This document shows, piece by piece, positions 49,086 through 59,044 of a stretch of DNA of 64,000 nt. Source of the DNA: a virus; the IMG/VR virus record IMGVR_UViG_3300032288_003086, positions 32,001-96,000 of that record. One strand, 5' to 3'. A model generated the notes under the pieces. The model had not been told where the DNA came from. It was given only the letters and a program-made list of their open reading frames with translations, and made no database searches. The position numbers and the translations under genes were made by a program. Position 1 is the first letter of the stretch; each line of letters begins with the position of its first letter.

Positions 49086-51344
49086 ATGGCATTTTATAGA
49101 CATTTCTGGGATCTCGCTAATTCCACAACTTACTCCTCACATGTGATTGGGGCGTTTGATCGCAATACAACTACAGGTGGAGGCATCTTCCGCTGGGTAG
49201 GTGGAGTTAACAACAGCACCATCACTAATATTCCTGGTGTCAGAATCAAACCTGTGAATGCTGTTACAGGATACTGGCTGCGCTCATTTGATGGTCCAAT
49301 CTCAGTAAGCTGGTTTGGATGTCAAAACAGTGTAAGCATTCCTAACACCTATGCTCAGCTTGGTGTAAATCAGCTCACTTTGGATTCTTATTATGGACCT
49401 GGCTTTGCAACCACCACTGATAACTATGATACTACAGCTATCAGGTATGCAATGAAGTTCATGGACGACATGATTGCATTGAATGCTACTCCAAGTTCTG
49501 GGGCAAGTCTTCCCGTAAATGCAAACTCATTGACATTTGAACCTAAGACATACTATCTTACAAGAATGGTAACTCTTCCAAGAGGATCCAATACCATTCT
49601 TCCTCCTTTTGTAACAAACGACATATCAATCATCATTGATGGCAATGGAGCCACGATTAAGAAAGCAAACAATAACCAGTTTGATTTCTTCAATCGTTAT
49701 CCTTCAAATCCATCCAATCCCAATGATGCCATTGAAATGAAAAAGGCAAGTGTGACCTTTAAGAATTTCAATGCTGACGGTTTGGGAGGAGTATGGCAAG
49801 GAAGTGGATATTCATTTCTGACATTGACTGCTTCAAATAATGCTTTGGTTGAGAATCTAACCATTCAGAATTTTGATATTGGTGTTAGAATGGAGTGGTG
49901 TGATTCAGCAATGATTCAAAAAATAAACACTACAGGCATTGCTACCAATAGCATACGTACTTCAAGTGGTTCTTGGCCTGGTGCAACTCCTTCAGTAGGA
50001 TGCACTAATCTAAAAATAAATCAGGTAAATGTCCTTGATACAATAAGTCAATCTGAATGTATCAAAGTAATTGACGGTGCTGGTGTAGAAATAGAACATA
50101 TTGTACTGACAGGTACAAGCAAATTCGATCATGGTATCTACCTTGACTCAGGGTCTCCAACACTTCAGGGTTTTAACTTGAAAGCATCAAAAGTTTATGA
50201 TGTAAATTACATACAAAGCAATACAAATCCACAGGTTACCCAGGGATGGAACAATGCACTTGTCACAGTAAAAGCCACATCGAATAATCGATACCTCCTT
50301 GATACTGTATACATATTATATACTATTTTCCCATACAATCTTTCTCCAACTTCAATTATAAACATTGAAGAAACGGCGTCTGTTCCTGGAAGAAATCCAA
50401 TAATCGAGCTTAGGAATATTCCTGTTTACTCGACTTATCCTACAGCTCCTACATTGCCTGTAAATACTACTACTGGACTATGGCCTACAATGTTCAGAAA
50501 TGTAGGAAGCACAATTTGGGATTTTCAAACTGTAGACTTTGGCGGTGATCCTTCAGTGAATGCCGCAGCAATTGTAAATCCTACAAATAATTTATGGGTA
50601 ACGATTGCACCTGCCACTATTCCTTCAATATCTGATTTAATTTACAATAATCCTCTTTCTGCATGCTGTAACATACAAGATACGCTTGCCGCAGGTCAGG
50701 ATATTGCAGATGGTCTTTTGTTTATTGGAACCGATGCTGGTGTATCCAACACAGGTGCCAGTGATGTGATCGGACTTGGTTCTGATGCAGCTAGTGGAAA
50801 CAGTGGAATTGATGTGGTTGCACTTGGTAACAGTGCAGCATTGACCAACACAGGAAGTGATGTAGTAGCCATAGGTAACAATGCACTCTCAGGTAATACA
50901 GGTAGTGATGCTATTGCAATTGGTGAGAACGCAGGTCAGAACCAGACAGGTGCTGATGCCATCCTCATTGGTCAAGGTGCTGGATTCAACAACATTGGAA
51001 TCGAAGTGGTGGCGATAGGTAAGAGCGCAGGTAATGCCAATACTGGAGACAAACTTCATGCAATGGGTGTACTTGCAGGTGCAGGTAATGCTGGAGACTT
51101 TGTTGTCGCACTTGGTTCAGGTGCTGCTCAAACCAACACTGTGAACTATGTACTTGCCCTTGGTAATGGTGCTGGAGCTAACAATGCAATTCCTAACTCC
51201 ACCATCATCTCCAATGACTGTCTTCCTTCATATTTGAATTATGCAGCTGCGTCTGCTGTGATCATAGCTCCTGGTGCTACAACTGGTACATACTTATATC
51301 ATGACCAGACCACTAACTCCATTGGAGCAGTAAGAATACCCTGA
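49086..51344 (+). CDS. Tail spike/fibre: beta-helix domain plus C-terminal YadA-head-like Gly-rich repeats
   Basis: GGGIFRW N-terminal motif, SVSWFG..DTTAIRYAM, IIIDGNGATI; about ten 14-aa NTGxDVVA[IL]G repeats at ~50740-51190. Confidence 0.7.
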   Translation: MAFYRHFWDLANSTTYSSHVIGAFDRNTTTGGGIFRWVGGVNNSTITNIPGVRIKPVNAVTGYWLRSFDGPISVSWFGCQNSVSIPNTYAQLGVNQLTLDSYYGPGFATTTDNYDTTAIRYAMKFMDDMIALNATPSSGASLPVNANSLTFEPKTYYLTRMVTLPRGSNTILPPFVTNDISIIIDGNGATIKKANNNQFDFFNRYPSNPSNPNDAIEMKKASVTFKNFNADGLGGVWQGSGYSFLTLTASNNALVENLTIQNFDIGVRMEWCDSAMIQKINTTGIATNSIRTSSGSWPGATPSVGCTNLKINQVNVLDTISQSECIKVIDGAGVEIEHIVLTGTSKFDHGIYLDSGSPTLQGFNLKASKVYDVNYIQSNTNPQVTQGWNNALVTVKATSNNRYLLDTVYILYTIFPYNLSPTSIINIEETASVPGRNPIIELRNIPVYSTYPTAPTLPVNTTTGLWPTMFRNVGSTIWDFQTVDFGGDPSVNAAAIVNPTNNLWVTIAPATIPSISDLIYNNPLSACCNIQDTLAAGQDIADGLLFIGTDAGVSNTGASDVIGLGSDAASGNSGIDVVALGNSAALTNTGSDVVAIGNNALSGNTGSDAIAIGENAGQNQTGADAILIGQGAGFNNIGIEVVAIGKSAGNANTGDKLHAMGVLAGAGNAGDFVVALGSGAAQTNTVNYVLALGNGAGANNAIPNSTIISNDCLPSYLNYAAASAVIIAPGATTGTYLYHDQTTNSIGAVRIP

Positions 51345-51376
51345 TTTGTTTGGGTTGTTTGATTATTGGTTGGTTG

Positions 51377-51410
51377 CCCCTACAGATGCTCTCTGTAGGG
51401 GTTTTCCTTT
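51377..51410 (+). terminator. Rho-independent terminator at the junction of the late (+) and replication (-) modules
   Basis: cccctacaga-tgctc-tctgtagggg stem-loop followed by ttttcctttt. Confidence 0.85.
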
Positions 51411-51688
51411 TAGAATATCTTAGGACTCTTGCGCAACCTTGCAATCTTGAGATGCACCAGATAACCTATTAGATCATCAATGCTATCTTCAGTATCTGGG
51501 GTAATCCCCATATTTTGTATACGTCTTAACTTGTCATTGATCCTAGCTTGTATACCTATCTCAGGATCAATATTGAAAAGCGGGCCCTGCTGATGTACAG
51601 CATCCCCATAAGCCTTGCTCTTGGAGAGTAATAGGACTTTAATTTGGTCACAGACTTCTTCTATCAGATACTCAGTACTTTTTTCCAT
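51410..51688 (-). CDS. DUF1599 / nucleotide-modification-associated domain 1-like protein
   Basis: KSKAYGD..GIQARINDKLRRI..EDSIDDLIGY; start better placed at ATG 51688 (MEKSTEY) than at 51727. Confidence 0.7.
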   Translation of the reverse strand: MEKSTEYLIEEVCDQIKVLLLSKSKAYGDAVHQQGPLFNIDPEIGIQARINDKLRRIQNMGITPDTEDSIDDLIGYLVHLKIARLRKSPKIF

Positions 51689-52043
51689 GTAACCGTTCTC
51701 TTGTTGCATTATACCTGATTTTGGCATGGATGTGCCAGTCTATGTCAATATTGAGTCCACCGCAAAGATCCAGTATTCTAATGATGGAATCAGCCATCTC
51801 ATCTGCAAACTGGTCTTTTACCAAAAGGGTAAAGTGTTCTGCAAATTCAGCATCATTCATATCATTGAACTGTTCCTTGATTTCAGGACTGAGAGTATGC
51901 ACATAGCCTTCTCGCCTGTGCACTTCTACAGCCTCTGCAAGTTCTGTTACTACTAGCATCAAAGCTTCAGCAATGTTGCGTTCATTATCCCAAAATCCTT
52001 TTTTTTTGGCATTGAGATAGATCACATCCCTAAGATCATTCAT
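51672..52043 (-). CDS. MazG-like nucleotide pyrophosphohydrolase
   Basis: LMLVVTELAEAVE..DEMADSIIRILD..KIRYNATRERLHGKKY; probable start MNDLRD at 52043. Confidence 0.8.
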   Translation of the reverse strand: MNDLRDVIYLNAKKKGFWDNERNIAEALMLVVTELAEAVEVHRREGYVHTLSPEIKEQFNDMNDAEFAEHFTLLVKDQFADEMADSIIRILDLCGGLNIDIDWHIHAKIRYNATRERLHGKKY

Positions 52044-52221
52044 CTTTGTCATAATCTGGATAGTCTTTCCATTCTTCCTCAGGAAGATAGCCTTGGAAGA
52101 ACTTGTGTGTTTTTTCATTATGCAGCAACTGGAGAAACTCCTCCAGCGCTGCAGTATCGTTGTAATTGCAAATATCGTCTATAATCTGTTCGACTACGCG
52201 ATCAATGATTGTTTTACTCAT
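52036..52221 (-). CDS. Hypothetical acidic protein (61 aa)
   Basis: Fills the gap between polB and the MazG-like gene; start overlaps the polB stop. Confidence 0.6.
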   Translation of the reverse strand: MSKTIIDRVVEQIIDDICNYNDTAALEEFLQLLHNEKTHKFFQGYLPEEEWKDYPDYDKDE

Positions 52222-54143
52222 TAGAACAATGTTGTTTGTATATAACCTTTTCTAGCACCCTCAATATTAGCAATTTCCTGGTAAATCTGTTCCAAGTAAT
52301 ACTTGGTATTGATACCATATTCTTCAAAGGGTTTATCCTCGAATTTGTTGAATACCCGTTGTATCCAGTGGCCTGCCTCTAGTTGTATCTCTCTACCATC
52401 AGGATGGCATTTGAATAGCTTGACACCAGATTCTGCGATATAGTACCGCACTAGCTTCTGAAGCTTGTCTTGGGTATATATTCCATCTTTGACATAGCGC
52501 TGTACAAAGCACCATTCGCCGCGGATTTTAACACCTCCACAGTAGTCAAAGATGTTTGTATTGGACGCCAGATAATCCTCAGGCTTTACACCATTGACAA
52601 AATACTCATACAGTGCTTTGGATACCACAAGAAAGCTTTTGTTTTTGTGTAGGGCAATATCCTTCCACTCGAACCTGCCCTTGCACTTAGGCTCTTTACC
52701 TTTACCATAGACAGCGATGTAGTTGTTTACATCTGCAATAATCATCTTCTGGTAGGTATCTACCTCAAGCTGTAGGCTGGTCATCTCTTCCCACTCCTTG
52801 CATACTTTCTCAAATGCAGGCATCTGGTCTCTAGGTATACGAAACTCAAGGCCATCAGTATTTTGCATGAGGGGTTGTGCATCAGGTATGGCCAGCATCA
52901 CATTCTCATAGAGTATACTCAGCAGCAGTTGACCATTGACAGTAATGCGGAAGGTCAACTCTGGATCATACAGGAAGCTGTGTTTGTTCTTGCTTAGACC
53001 GTATGTACTATTGAGAATAATCTTGAACAGATAGTTCAGGGGATTCTTCTTGTCATACTTCTTACGCTCCTCGAAGAACCACTCATACAGCTCACAGAAG
53101 TCATCTTTGGGAATATGGGCGGGAGACCACTGATTGCGGATAGCTAGATTGGGATAGAAACTGGTGACATCTGCTGTGACTATGACATGCTGATCATCGG
53201 AGTCATACACTCCTGAACTGATACAACCATGCACGCCACCCAATGCATACACGGTATCCACTCCAAAGGCTCTCATCATATGCTGAGGTCCCTTGATCTT
53301 ACCATCTGTGATTTGCACATCCAGCTTTCTAAACCATGCAAGCATGTTACAGAATTCAGGTGTTTTGAATCGTACATAAGGCAAGATAAGATCCTTGATA
53401 GGCACATTCTTTCTCTCTGTGCGTAGGGCCTTGATGGTTTTCTTATCCATATCAAGCTTTTGGCTCAGAAAGTGGATGAACATCTCCTTGCTTATGCGCG
53501 GCTCGCTGGCTGAATGAAGCTTTAAGCCATATTCTTTGCTCAGTTTAGCCCTCAGGTTGATCTGCTTTTTCATATCTCCAAGCAAGAATATCCCTTTGGT
53601 GCTGGATACGTCATTCATGCAATAGCTGATTACAGCTTGTAATTGCGCTTCATCCTCTACAGGTTTGTAGTGAGGATGTGGCATTTCTTCTACATTATCC
53701 CAATCCATGCTGTATTGAATCCACTTGAGTCCGCATCTTTTGGCTTCGCTATCCCAGTGGTTGAGCTTAAATATATCTACTTGTGGCATACTTAGCTTCC
53801 ATTCAGGATAATCTGCAAACTCACCTTTATTGGATTTTTCAATAACACTTTGGGCATATGCATATATCTCAGATGAAGCATGTTCACCTGAGATGACAGA
53901 GAGTCTGTCAGCTTTTTTGAGTATGAACTCTATAATCTGGGCGTCAAATGCCAGATTATTGAATCCGAACATCCAGGTTTGATTTATCCTGCACTCCTTA
54001 AGAAACTCAACAAGGTGTTCAATGTCATTCCTAAGGGGACTTACTACAAATACCCTGCGCTCAGTACTCACATAAGACTCGAAGACCCCGATGAAGCAAT
54101 TCACCAGGGTCTCTAAGTCATATACCCAATGTTTTGTGGTCAT
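52221..54143 (-). CDS. polB: DNA polymerase family B
   Basis: Exonuclease YDLET and GFNNLAFD; polymerase motifs ADVTSFYPN, KIILNSTYG, NTDG. Confidence 0.92.
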   Translation of the reverse strand: MTTKHWVYDLETLVNCFIGVFESYVSTERRVFVVSPLRNDIEHLVEFLKECRINQTWMFGFNNLAFDAQIIEFILKKADRLSVISGEHASSEIYAYAQSVIEKSNKGEFADYPEWKLSMPQVDIFKLNHWDSEAKRCGLKWIQYSMDWDNVEEMPHPHYKPVEDEAQLQAVISYCMNDVSSTKGIFLLGDMKKQINLRAKLSKEYGLKLHSASEPRISKEMFIHFLSQKLDMDKKTIKALRTERKNVPIKDLILPYVRFKTPEFCNMLAWFRKLDVQITDGKIKGPQHMMRAFGVDTVYALGGVHGCISSGVYDSDDQHVIVTADVTSFYPNLAIRNQWSPAHIPKDDFCELYEWFFEERKKYDKKNPLNYLFKIILNSTYGLSKNKHSFLYDPELTFRITVNGQLLLSILYENVMLAIPDAQPLMQNTDGLEFRIPRDQMPAFEKVCKEWEEMTSLQLEVDTYQKMIIADVNNYIAVYGKGKEPKCKGRFEWKDIALHKNKSFLVVSKALYEYFVNGVKPEDYLASNTNIFDYCGGVKIRGEWCFVQRYVKDGIYTQDKLQKLVRYYIAESGVKLFKCHPDGREIQLEAGHWIQRVFNKFEDKPFEEYGINTKYYLEQIYQEIANIEGARKGYIQTTLF

Positions 54144-54532
54144 CGTACAATAGGTGGTTCTATAGCTGGCTTTTCATCCAGGTATTGTTTGTAATCAAAT
54201 GACTCATCATTCACTGCAAAGCGGGCAATCAGTGCTTCGATATCTTCTCTTGATTCTACATAGTACTCATACCAGGTATCCAATACCCTGCGTTCTTCAG
54301 AGTAGTTTTTGCCATTTTCCCTAGCTGCTCTAAGGTAACTTACGTCTCCTTTCTCAGTCATTTTTGGGACAAGTTGGAATGCTTCTTTGCACTCTTTACT
54401 GATCACAGCAAGGACACCTTGGTCTTTGTCATAAATCACCTCATTGTATGGACACTCCATCTCAACTGGGATCATTCTGAAGGTCTTCCCTCTGTTCCAA
54501 GAGGAATGAATAAGCATCATTGATTTTTGCAT
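54140..54532 (-). CDS. Hypothetical protein
   Basis: 130-aa ORF, coupled to polB by an ATGA overlap. Confidence 0.65.
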   Translation of the reverse strand: MQKSMMLIHSSWNRGKTFRMIPVEMECPYNEVIYDKDQGVLAVISKECKEAFQLVPKMTEKGDVSYLRAARENGKNYSEERRVLDTWYEYYVESREDIEALIARFAVNDESFDYKQYLDEKPAIEPPIVR

Positions 54533-55076
54533 ATAGTTTTGGTTTTAAGGTTTCCTTTTCCAGATTTGGCAGGTCGCACAATTCGCCTGTAAATCTAATA
54601 TGTTCCTCGTCAACTGCAAGGATTTCACTGTACAATTTTACATACCTCTCAGGAAAGAGGAAACTTTCCATATAGATCCATTCAGGGCTGTCATGCCCAT
54701 AAAACTCTCTGATCTTGTTTTTGACCAGCTTGGATAACTTACTGTACTTGCCCTGAAGGACAAGACTGTAATCCTCCCTGATACAATGCAAGTCAAATGA
54801 CATAGCTACTTGACTATCTCCAATATTATGGATTTCATCAAACATGGGACTTTGCACTAATGAATCCAGCTGGTACTTATCCCAAGCAGGATCATCATGC
54901 GGGTTGTCAAAAGTCAGTATTATCCGCTGGTCATCCACTGTATACAATCCTTCCAATTGTAGATACGATTGCTTGAATGGAAACTTGGCTGTCTTTTTCA
55001 GACCAAGCACAGGTGCCAGAAAACTCCTTGACTTCTGGAAATACCTTGAATACAACTTTTTCAGTTGATAGGTCAT
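54462..55076 (-). CDS. Hypothetical protein
   Basis: 204-aa ORF in the replication operon, with overlaps on both sides. Confidence 0.65.
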   Translation of the reverse strand: MTYQLKKLYSRYFQKSRSFLAPVLGLKKTAKFPFKQSYLQLEGLYTVDDQRIILTFDNPHDDPAWDKYQLDSLVQSPMFDEIHNIGDSQVAMSFDLHCIREDYSLVLQGKYSKLSKLVKNKIREFYGHDSPEWIYMESFLFPERYVKLYSEILAVDEEHIRFTGELCDLPNLEKETLKPKLYAKINDAYSFLLEQREDLQNDPS

Positions 55077-56140
55077 AGAAGGAATTCTTGGTAGTCAGAC
55101 TTATCGTGTGCTATGGTAAGTGTGTGATAGGGGAGATTGAAGTCCTTATTTACAAAATGCTTGTCAGCCATCTGTAATGCTTCCAAAGTCTTTTGGGTAT
55201 ACTCCTCCATGCTTTTCTCAGATATCCTAAAAGGTGCAATCTGCATATAGGGATCTACTACAAGAAACCTGAACTCCACTGGGTAATCCACACCATATGT
55301 AGTCATCTTGACATTATCTACAATCATCTTGTAGATGGCTGCCTGTAACCAATACTTGTAATACTCCACTGTATCTGGGAACTGTGACAAGGGCTTGGAT
55401 GTTTTCTTCAAGTCATTCACGCGGATCACTTTTTCATCATGGTCTATGACTAGATTGTCAATGATACCGCGTATGCCAAACTCATAATCAGCAAACATCA
55501 CCAGCTCAGTCTCATTGTGAACAGTTGATTCCAAGCTATCCATGCCCATTAGCTTACGCATGGCTATGTTGTTGGTAAATGTCTCTCGCACCCTTTCAGC
55601 AAATACAACCATGTCCCTGTCAACAACAGTGCGACCATTCTTCTTGAGAAGAAAGTCTAAGTACTCCATGTTCTTGTCAGTGAGCATGCGATCTAAGCGC
55701 TGCTGGTCTGTCTTGAGGGTCTGATGCAGATTCTCATCCTTGAGGATATCAAGCATGGCATTCTGTACATTCTCTAAATAGGGAAGGATGCTTTCTTTGA
55801 CATCTCTGATTTGAGGATAAGCTTCTGCAATATGACTATGCAATCGCTCCATCACACGCTTGGGATTGTCACTTGGGAAAGCATTGGGTAACACTACAAA
55901 CTCATCCTGGAAGTTTTCAGGATTGAGCAGCATGCAATGGATCAGTTTACCTTCAGCCATTGCTTTGTCTGTGGTGTCGTCCCTTTGTCTAAGGACATAA
56001 TGTTGGTAAAACGCGCCTGGGCTGAACAGTAACCTGTTCAATCCTGAATAGGACATCAGGAATCCTTGCGCAAAAAACTCGTCTTCGAGTTTTAACTTCT
56101 CTACGAGGTCTAATTCATAGGGGTTAAGGAAGGGTTTCAT
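55073..56140 (-). CDS. PD-(D/E)xK exonuclease (RecB/Cas4/DUF3799-like)
   Basis: MSYSGL..GKLIHCMLL..HNETE..RGIIDNL..VNDLKKT..YWLQAAIY. Confidence 0.85.
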   Translation of the reverse strand: MKPFLNPYELDLVEKLKLEDEFFAQGFLMSYSGLNRLLFSPGAFYQHYVLRQRDDTTDKAMAEGKLIHCMLLNPENFQDEFVVLPNAFPSDNPKRVMERLHSHIAEAYPQIRDVKESILPYLENVQNAMLDILKDENLHQTLKTDQQRLDRMLTDKNMEYLDFLLKKNGRTVVDRDMVVFAERVRETFTNNIAMRKLMGMDSLESTVHNETELVMFADYEFGIRGIIDNLVIDHDEKVIRVNDLKKTSKPLSQFPDTVEYYKYWLQAAIYKMIVDNVKMTTYGVDYPVEFRFLVVDPYMQIAPFRISEKSMEEYTQKTLEALQMADKHFVNKDFNLPYHTLTIAHDKSDYQEFLL

Positions 56141-56570
56141 CTGGATCTTCTGTTTTTAAGTCTACTGCTTCACAGAAGGAGTCCAGAACAGCAATATATA
56201 CGCCAGGATTTGTCTTGTCATAGCTCCATGGCAACCCATCAATGTAAAGAGGTACTGGTAGTATCTCTTCCACATTGTCATCATCAATCCATCCAGCTTT
56301 TGTCATCTCGTCTTGGATCGTCTGAGCAGGATTGATAAAATCCCACTTATGACGACTAGCCCTTACAAAATGCATTCCTATGATTATAGGTTTGGACATG
56401 CCTGATAGCGCTGCCTTGAAGGCTGGCTTGTGCATCATCCAATATGCTGCAGATAGTTTGCGATACTTCTGAGTTTGCTTGCTCGCTATGAATAATCCTG
56501 AGCGTGTCATAATCCTGCTGTTCTTGCTGGAAGGCACGGCTCCTGGTATGAATAATGGTTTTGATTTCAT
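56124..56570 (-). CDS. RusA-like Holliday junction resolvase
   Basis: IPGAVPSSKN..WDFIN..IQDEMTKAGWIDDDN..DKTNPGV. Confidence 0.75.
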   Translation of the reverse strand: MKSKPLFIPGAVPSSKNSRIMTRSGLFIASKQTQKYRKLSAAYWMMHKPAFKAALSGMSKPIIIGMHFVRASRHKWDFINPAQTIQDEMTKAGWIDDDNVEEILPVPLYIDGLPWSYDKTNPGVYIAVLDSFCEAVDLKTEDPDETLP

Positions 56571-57514
56571 CCTAACAACGATTTCAACTGCTCTTTTACC
56601 TTAGATGCTCCAAACTCTTTGATAGAGTCGCTCACATCTTTGGCCATCTTCAAATGCAGAAAAGGTATTCCATGAGTTTGGCGGTACTTTTCCATCATCC
56701 TGATGCCAGCTTGGTCGTTGTCAAATATAATATACTTTTCAGGATATTCAAGTATCCAATCAATGATACGCTCCAATCCTGAATTCTCGCTTTGGGGAGC
56801 AATATAGTCCCCGTCTATGCCTAGTGAACTCATGGACATGATATCCTTGAGGGAACTGCATATAAATAATCTGGGTTTGCCTTTGATCTGGTCCCAGCCT
56901 TGGATATAGTTCTTGAAAGTCATGAACTTCTGGTCCTGCTTATAAGGCTGATATACCTTGTAAAGCTCTCCAGTACCTGTAAGGTATGCGTAGGTAAAGC
57001 CTTTCATGACCATTTCCATCCTCTCCTCACCTTTGACTAACACCAGTTTGGACAATGCTTTGACATTGTATTTGTCTAGTATTTTGCTGCCAATATTGTA
57101 TGGACTCCAAAAATCCACATCACTCTTGCTCCAAGGGCGTACTGTATAATTCTCCACTTCCCACTTTTTCTGGGGTTTTGATGGTTGAATCTCATATATA
57201 CCATTGTTTTTGAGATACTCCCTATAGTCATCCATTATTTTCAGTACAGCATCCCTGAAAGAGAGTGAAAACATATGGCCAACCAGATCAGTGGCGTTGC
57301 CTTTTATGCCTGTGGAAAAACAACAAAACCTATAACTCTTGACATCATTGGGAACATATACACACATACTGGGGGTTCTGTCCAATGAGTTGAATACACT
57401 GTTGATCTTTATAGTCTGCCCCACCAGCTTTTGGCTCAATTTCAAATAATATTCATATATCCAAGTGACAGGAATATCATCTATCCCAGTCACTGCGTTT
57501 CTGCTTGAAAACAT
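56567..57514 (-). CDS. dnaG: DNA primase (TOPRIM, crAss-like)
   Basis: DRTPSM..FCCFSTG zinc-finger remnant, ICSSLKD, IIFDNDQAG, KDVSD; start probably ATG 57514 (MFSSRNA). Confidence 0.8.
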   Translation of the reverse strand: MFSSRNAVTGIDDIPVTWIYEYYLKLSQKLVGQTIKINSVFNSLDRTPSMCVYVPNDVKSYRFCCFSTGIKGNATDLVGHMFSLSFRDAVLKIMDDYREYLKNNGIYEIQPSKPQKKWEVENYTVRPWSKSDVDFWSPYNIGSKILDKYNVKALSKLVLVKGEERMEMVMKGFTYAYLTGTGELYKVYQPYKQDQKFMTFKNYIQGWDQIKGKPRLFICSSLKDIMSMSSLGIDGDYIAPQSENSGLERIIDWILEYPEKYIIFDNDQAGIRMMEKYRQTHGIPFLHLKMAKDVSDSIKEFGASKVKEQLKSLLG

Positions 57515-57531
57515 GGGCAAATAAATTAGTG

Positions 57532-57559
57532 AGGGGAGGACAATGGCTCTCCTCCCCTT
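57532..57559 (-). terminator. Hairpin downstream of the SSB-like gene (probable terminator or attenuator)
   Basis: aggggagga / tcctcccct 9-bp stem; weak U-tract (actaattt) on the minus strand. Confidence 0.55.
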
Positions 57560-57580
57560 CACAAAGCAACACTAAAACAA

Positions 57581-58255
57581 TTAGTTCAAGTCAAGATCGC
57601 TGCCGCTGTCTCTTCCTGCAAAGGAATCAACTGGCTTCTTTTTCTTGATATGGTCTGACTCACTGAATTGAATCAACTTAGAAGGCTGTTGTCCTTCAAC
57701 ATACAACTGAAAACCCTTCTTGCTTCCTTCATTCTTGGGAAGGAAAAGTCTGTACTGAGTGTATCCACTCTTATTCTCATACTCTGAACCTGCAACACAG
57801 AAATGGAACCATCTATCCTTGCTTACAAGGTATGGTTTGGCATTGTTCAGATACTCTTCGATGGTGGCACCTTGGATGTCTTTCTCCTTAAGAACATCAG
57901 CAACGCCGATTTCTTTGGCAAAGTTCCAAATCCACTTGAAAATCATGTCTTCCTTCAAGGTAGTATTACCATCCTTGTTGGTGTAGTCACTATAAGAATA
58001 CTGCTGGGTTTGTACCCTAGCAACCTGACCTTGGTAGTTACCTAGTTCAGGAGTATCCTTGTTGATAGGCAATCCTTCGAAACCATCACCAATAGGTTGG
58101 GTTTCTAATTGTAACACCATATTAAATGCCGAGGCATCATAAGGTGGTACATCTAATGAAATGTCAATTACTCTGGCAATCACGATGCCTGGTTGGATTA
58201 CTTTGGGCGTCATGCTGGCACCCATCTTTTTGTCTGCTTCTTTGCTGCTAAACAT
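57581..58255 (-). CDS. Putative single-stranded DNA-binding protein
   Basis: 224 aa, beta-rich with an acidic C-terminal tail (RDSGSDLDLN); sits next to a Sak4-like ATPase and the primase. Confidence 0.55.
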   Translation of the reverse strand: MFSSKEADKKMGASMTPKVIQPGIVIARVIDISLDVPPYDASAFNMVLQLETQPIGDGFEGLPINKDTPELGNYQGQVARVQTQQYSYSDYTNKDGNTTLKEDMIFKWIWNFAKEIGVADVLKEKDIQGATIEEYLNNAKPYLVSKDRWFHFCVAGSEYENKSGYTQYRLFLPKNEGSKKGFQLYVEGQQPSKLIQFSESDHIKKKKPVDSFAGRDSGSDLDLN

Positions 58256-58294
58256 GTCAATGATAATTTAATTGGTTAATAATGAATTGAATAA

Positions 58295-59044
58295 TTAATC
58301 TAAATATATACGGTCCCAATATGTGTGGACGCCGTCTTCTGTAACTTCTGAAAGAATTACATCCTTATTCCTAAGATGCTCTGGCCTGGCTCCGCAGGAG
58401 ATCTCATCATTGGTTTTGAAACTAAGGATATTGGTGTTACCCTTCCTGTAAAGATAACCAATAGCATCTGAACCACTTGCGGTTATACGCTTTATTTTTC
58501 CTGTGAGATCCAGATCCATACTAGTGAATTCATTGCCAGACTTCTCAAGCAATGTATCTTTTACGTGTCCCATTAGGATGATCCTTGGAGCCAATCCACG
58601 CACATAGTCAAGCACTTTCATATATGCAGTACGCAACCATTGGTATCCTGCGCCATTGGGCATGTTGGTGATGGTACCATACTTGGCTTTACCTTGTGTG
58701 TACCAGTTCATTCCCATGCTTGACTTGGAATACAGATCCTCAGCATATGTGATACAGAACTCCTCAAGAGCTGTAACTGTATCAATGGCTATATACTTGT
58801 AAGGATGTCCTGCTTCTTTGATAGCCTTGCCTATGGACTTGAGTGTTTCTATGCTATCCACTTTCATCTTGAGGGCTTCGACATAATCAGAGCCATTCTC
58901 AAAGTCAAGTATCAAACAGTTCTCCAATCCAGCAAGCAATGTGGTCTTTCCCACTTTGGGTTTACTGAAGATGATAAGTTCCTTAGGCGACTGGGTAAGT
59001 GCCTTGACAGGTTTCATTGGAAGCTCAATTTTCTTTTCTTCCAT
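58295..59044 (-). CDS. AAA_24 / Sak4-like ATPase (recombinase)
   Basis: Walker A SKPKVGKT, ILDFENG, IAIDTVT, ILMGH. Confidence 0.85.
   Translation of the reverse strand: MEEKKIELPMKPVKALTQSPKELIIFSKPKVGKTTLLAGLENCLILDFENGSDYVEALKMKVDSIETLKSIGKAIKEAGHPYKYIAIDTVTALEEFCITYAEDLYSKSSMGMNWYTQGKAKYGTITNMPNGAGYQWLRTAYMKVLDYVRGLAPRIILMGHVKDTLLEKSGNEFTSMDLDLTGKIKRITASGSDAIGYLYRKGNTNILSFKTNDEISCGARPEHLRNKDVILSEVTEDGVHTYWDRIYLD

Noticed and set aside
51999-52007. T9 run (A9 on the coding strand) in the MazG-like gene
   Set aside because: It encodes KKK in frame and I see no meaningful alternative product.
55073-56140. Cas4-like nuclease as evidence of a CRISPR-related system
   Set aside because: No Fe-S cysteine cluster, array or other cas genes; the context (Sak4-like, SSB-like, RusA-like) indicates a recombination exonuclease.
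57515-57562. N-terminal extension MKGRRAIVLPSLIYLP of the primase given in the ORF track
   Set aside because: It runs through the hairpin; ATG 57514 is the more plausible start.
56567-58255. Primase and SSB-like proteins both start MFSS
   Set aside because: The similarity is limited to four residues and is probably coincidence.
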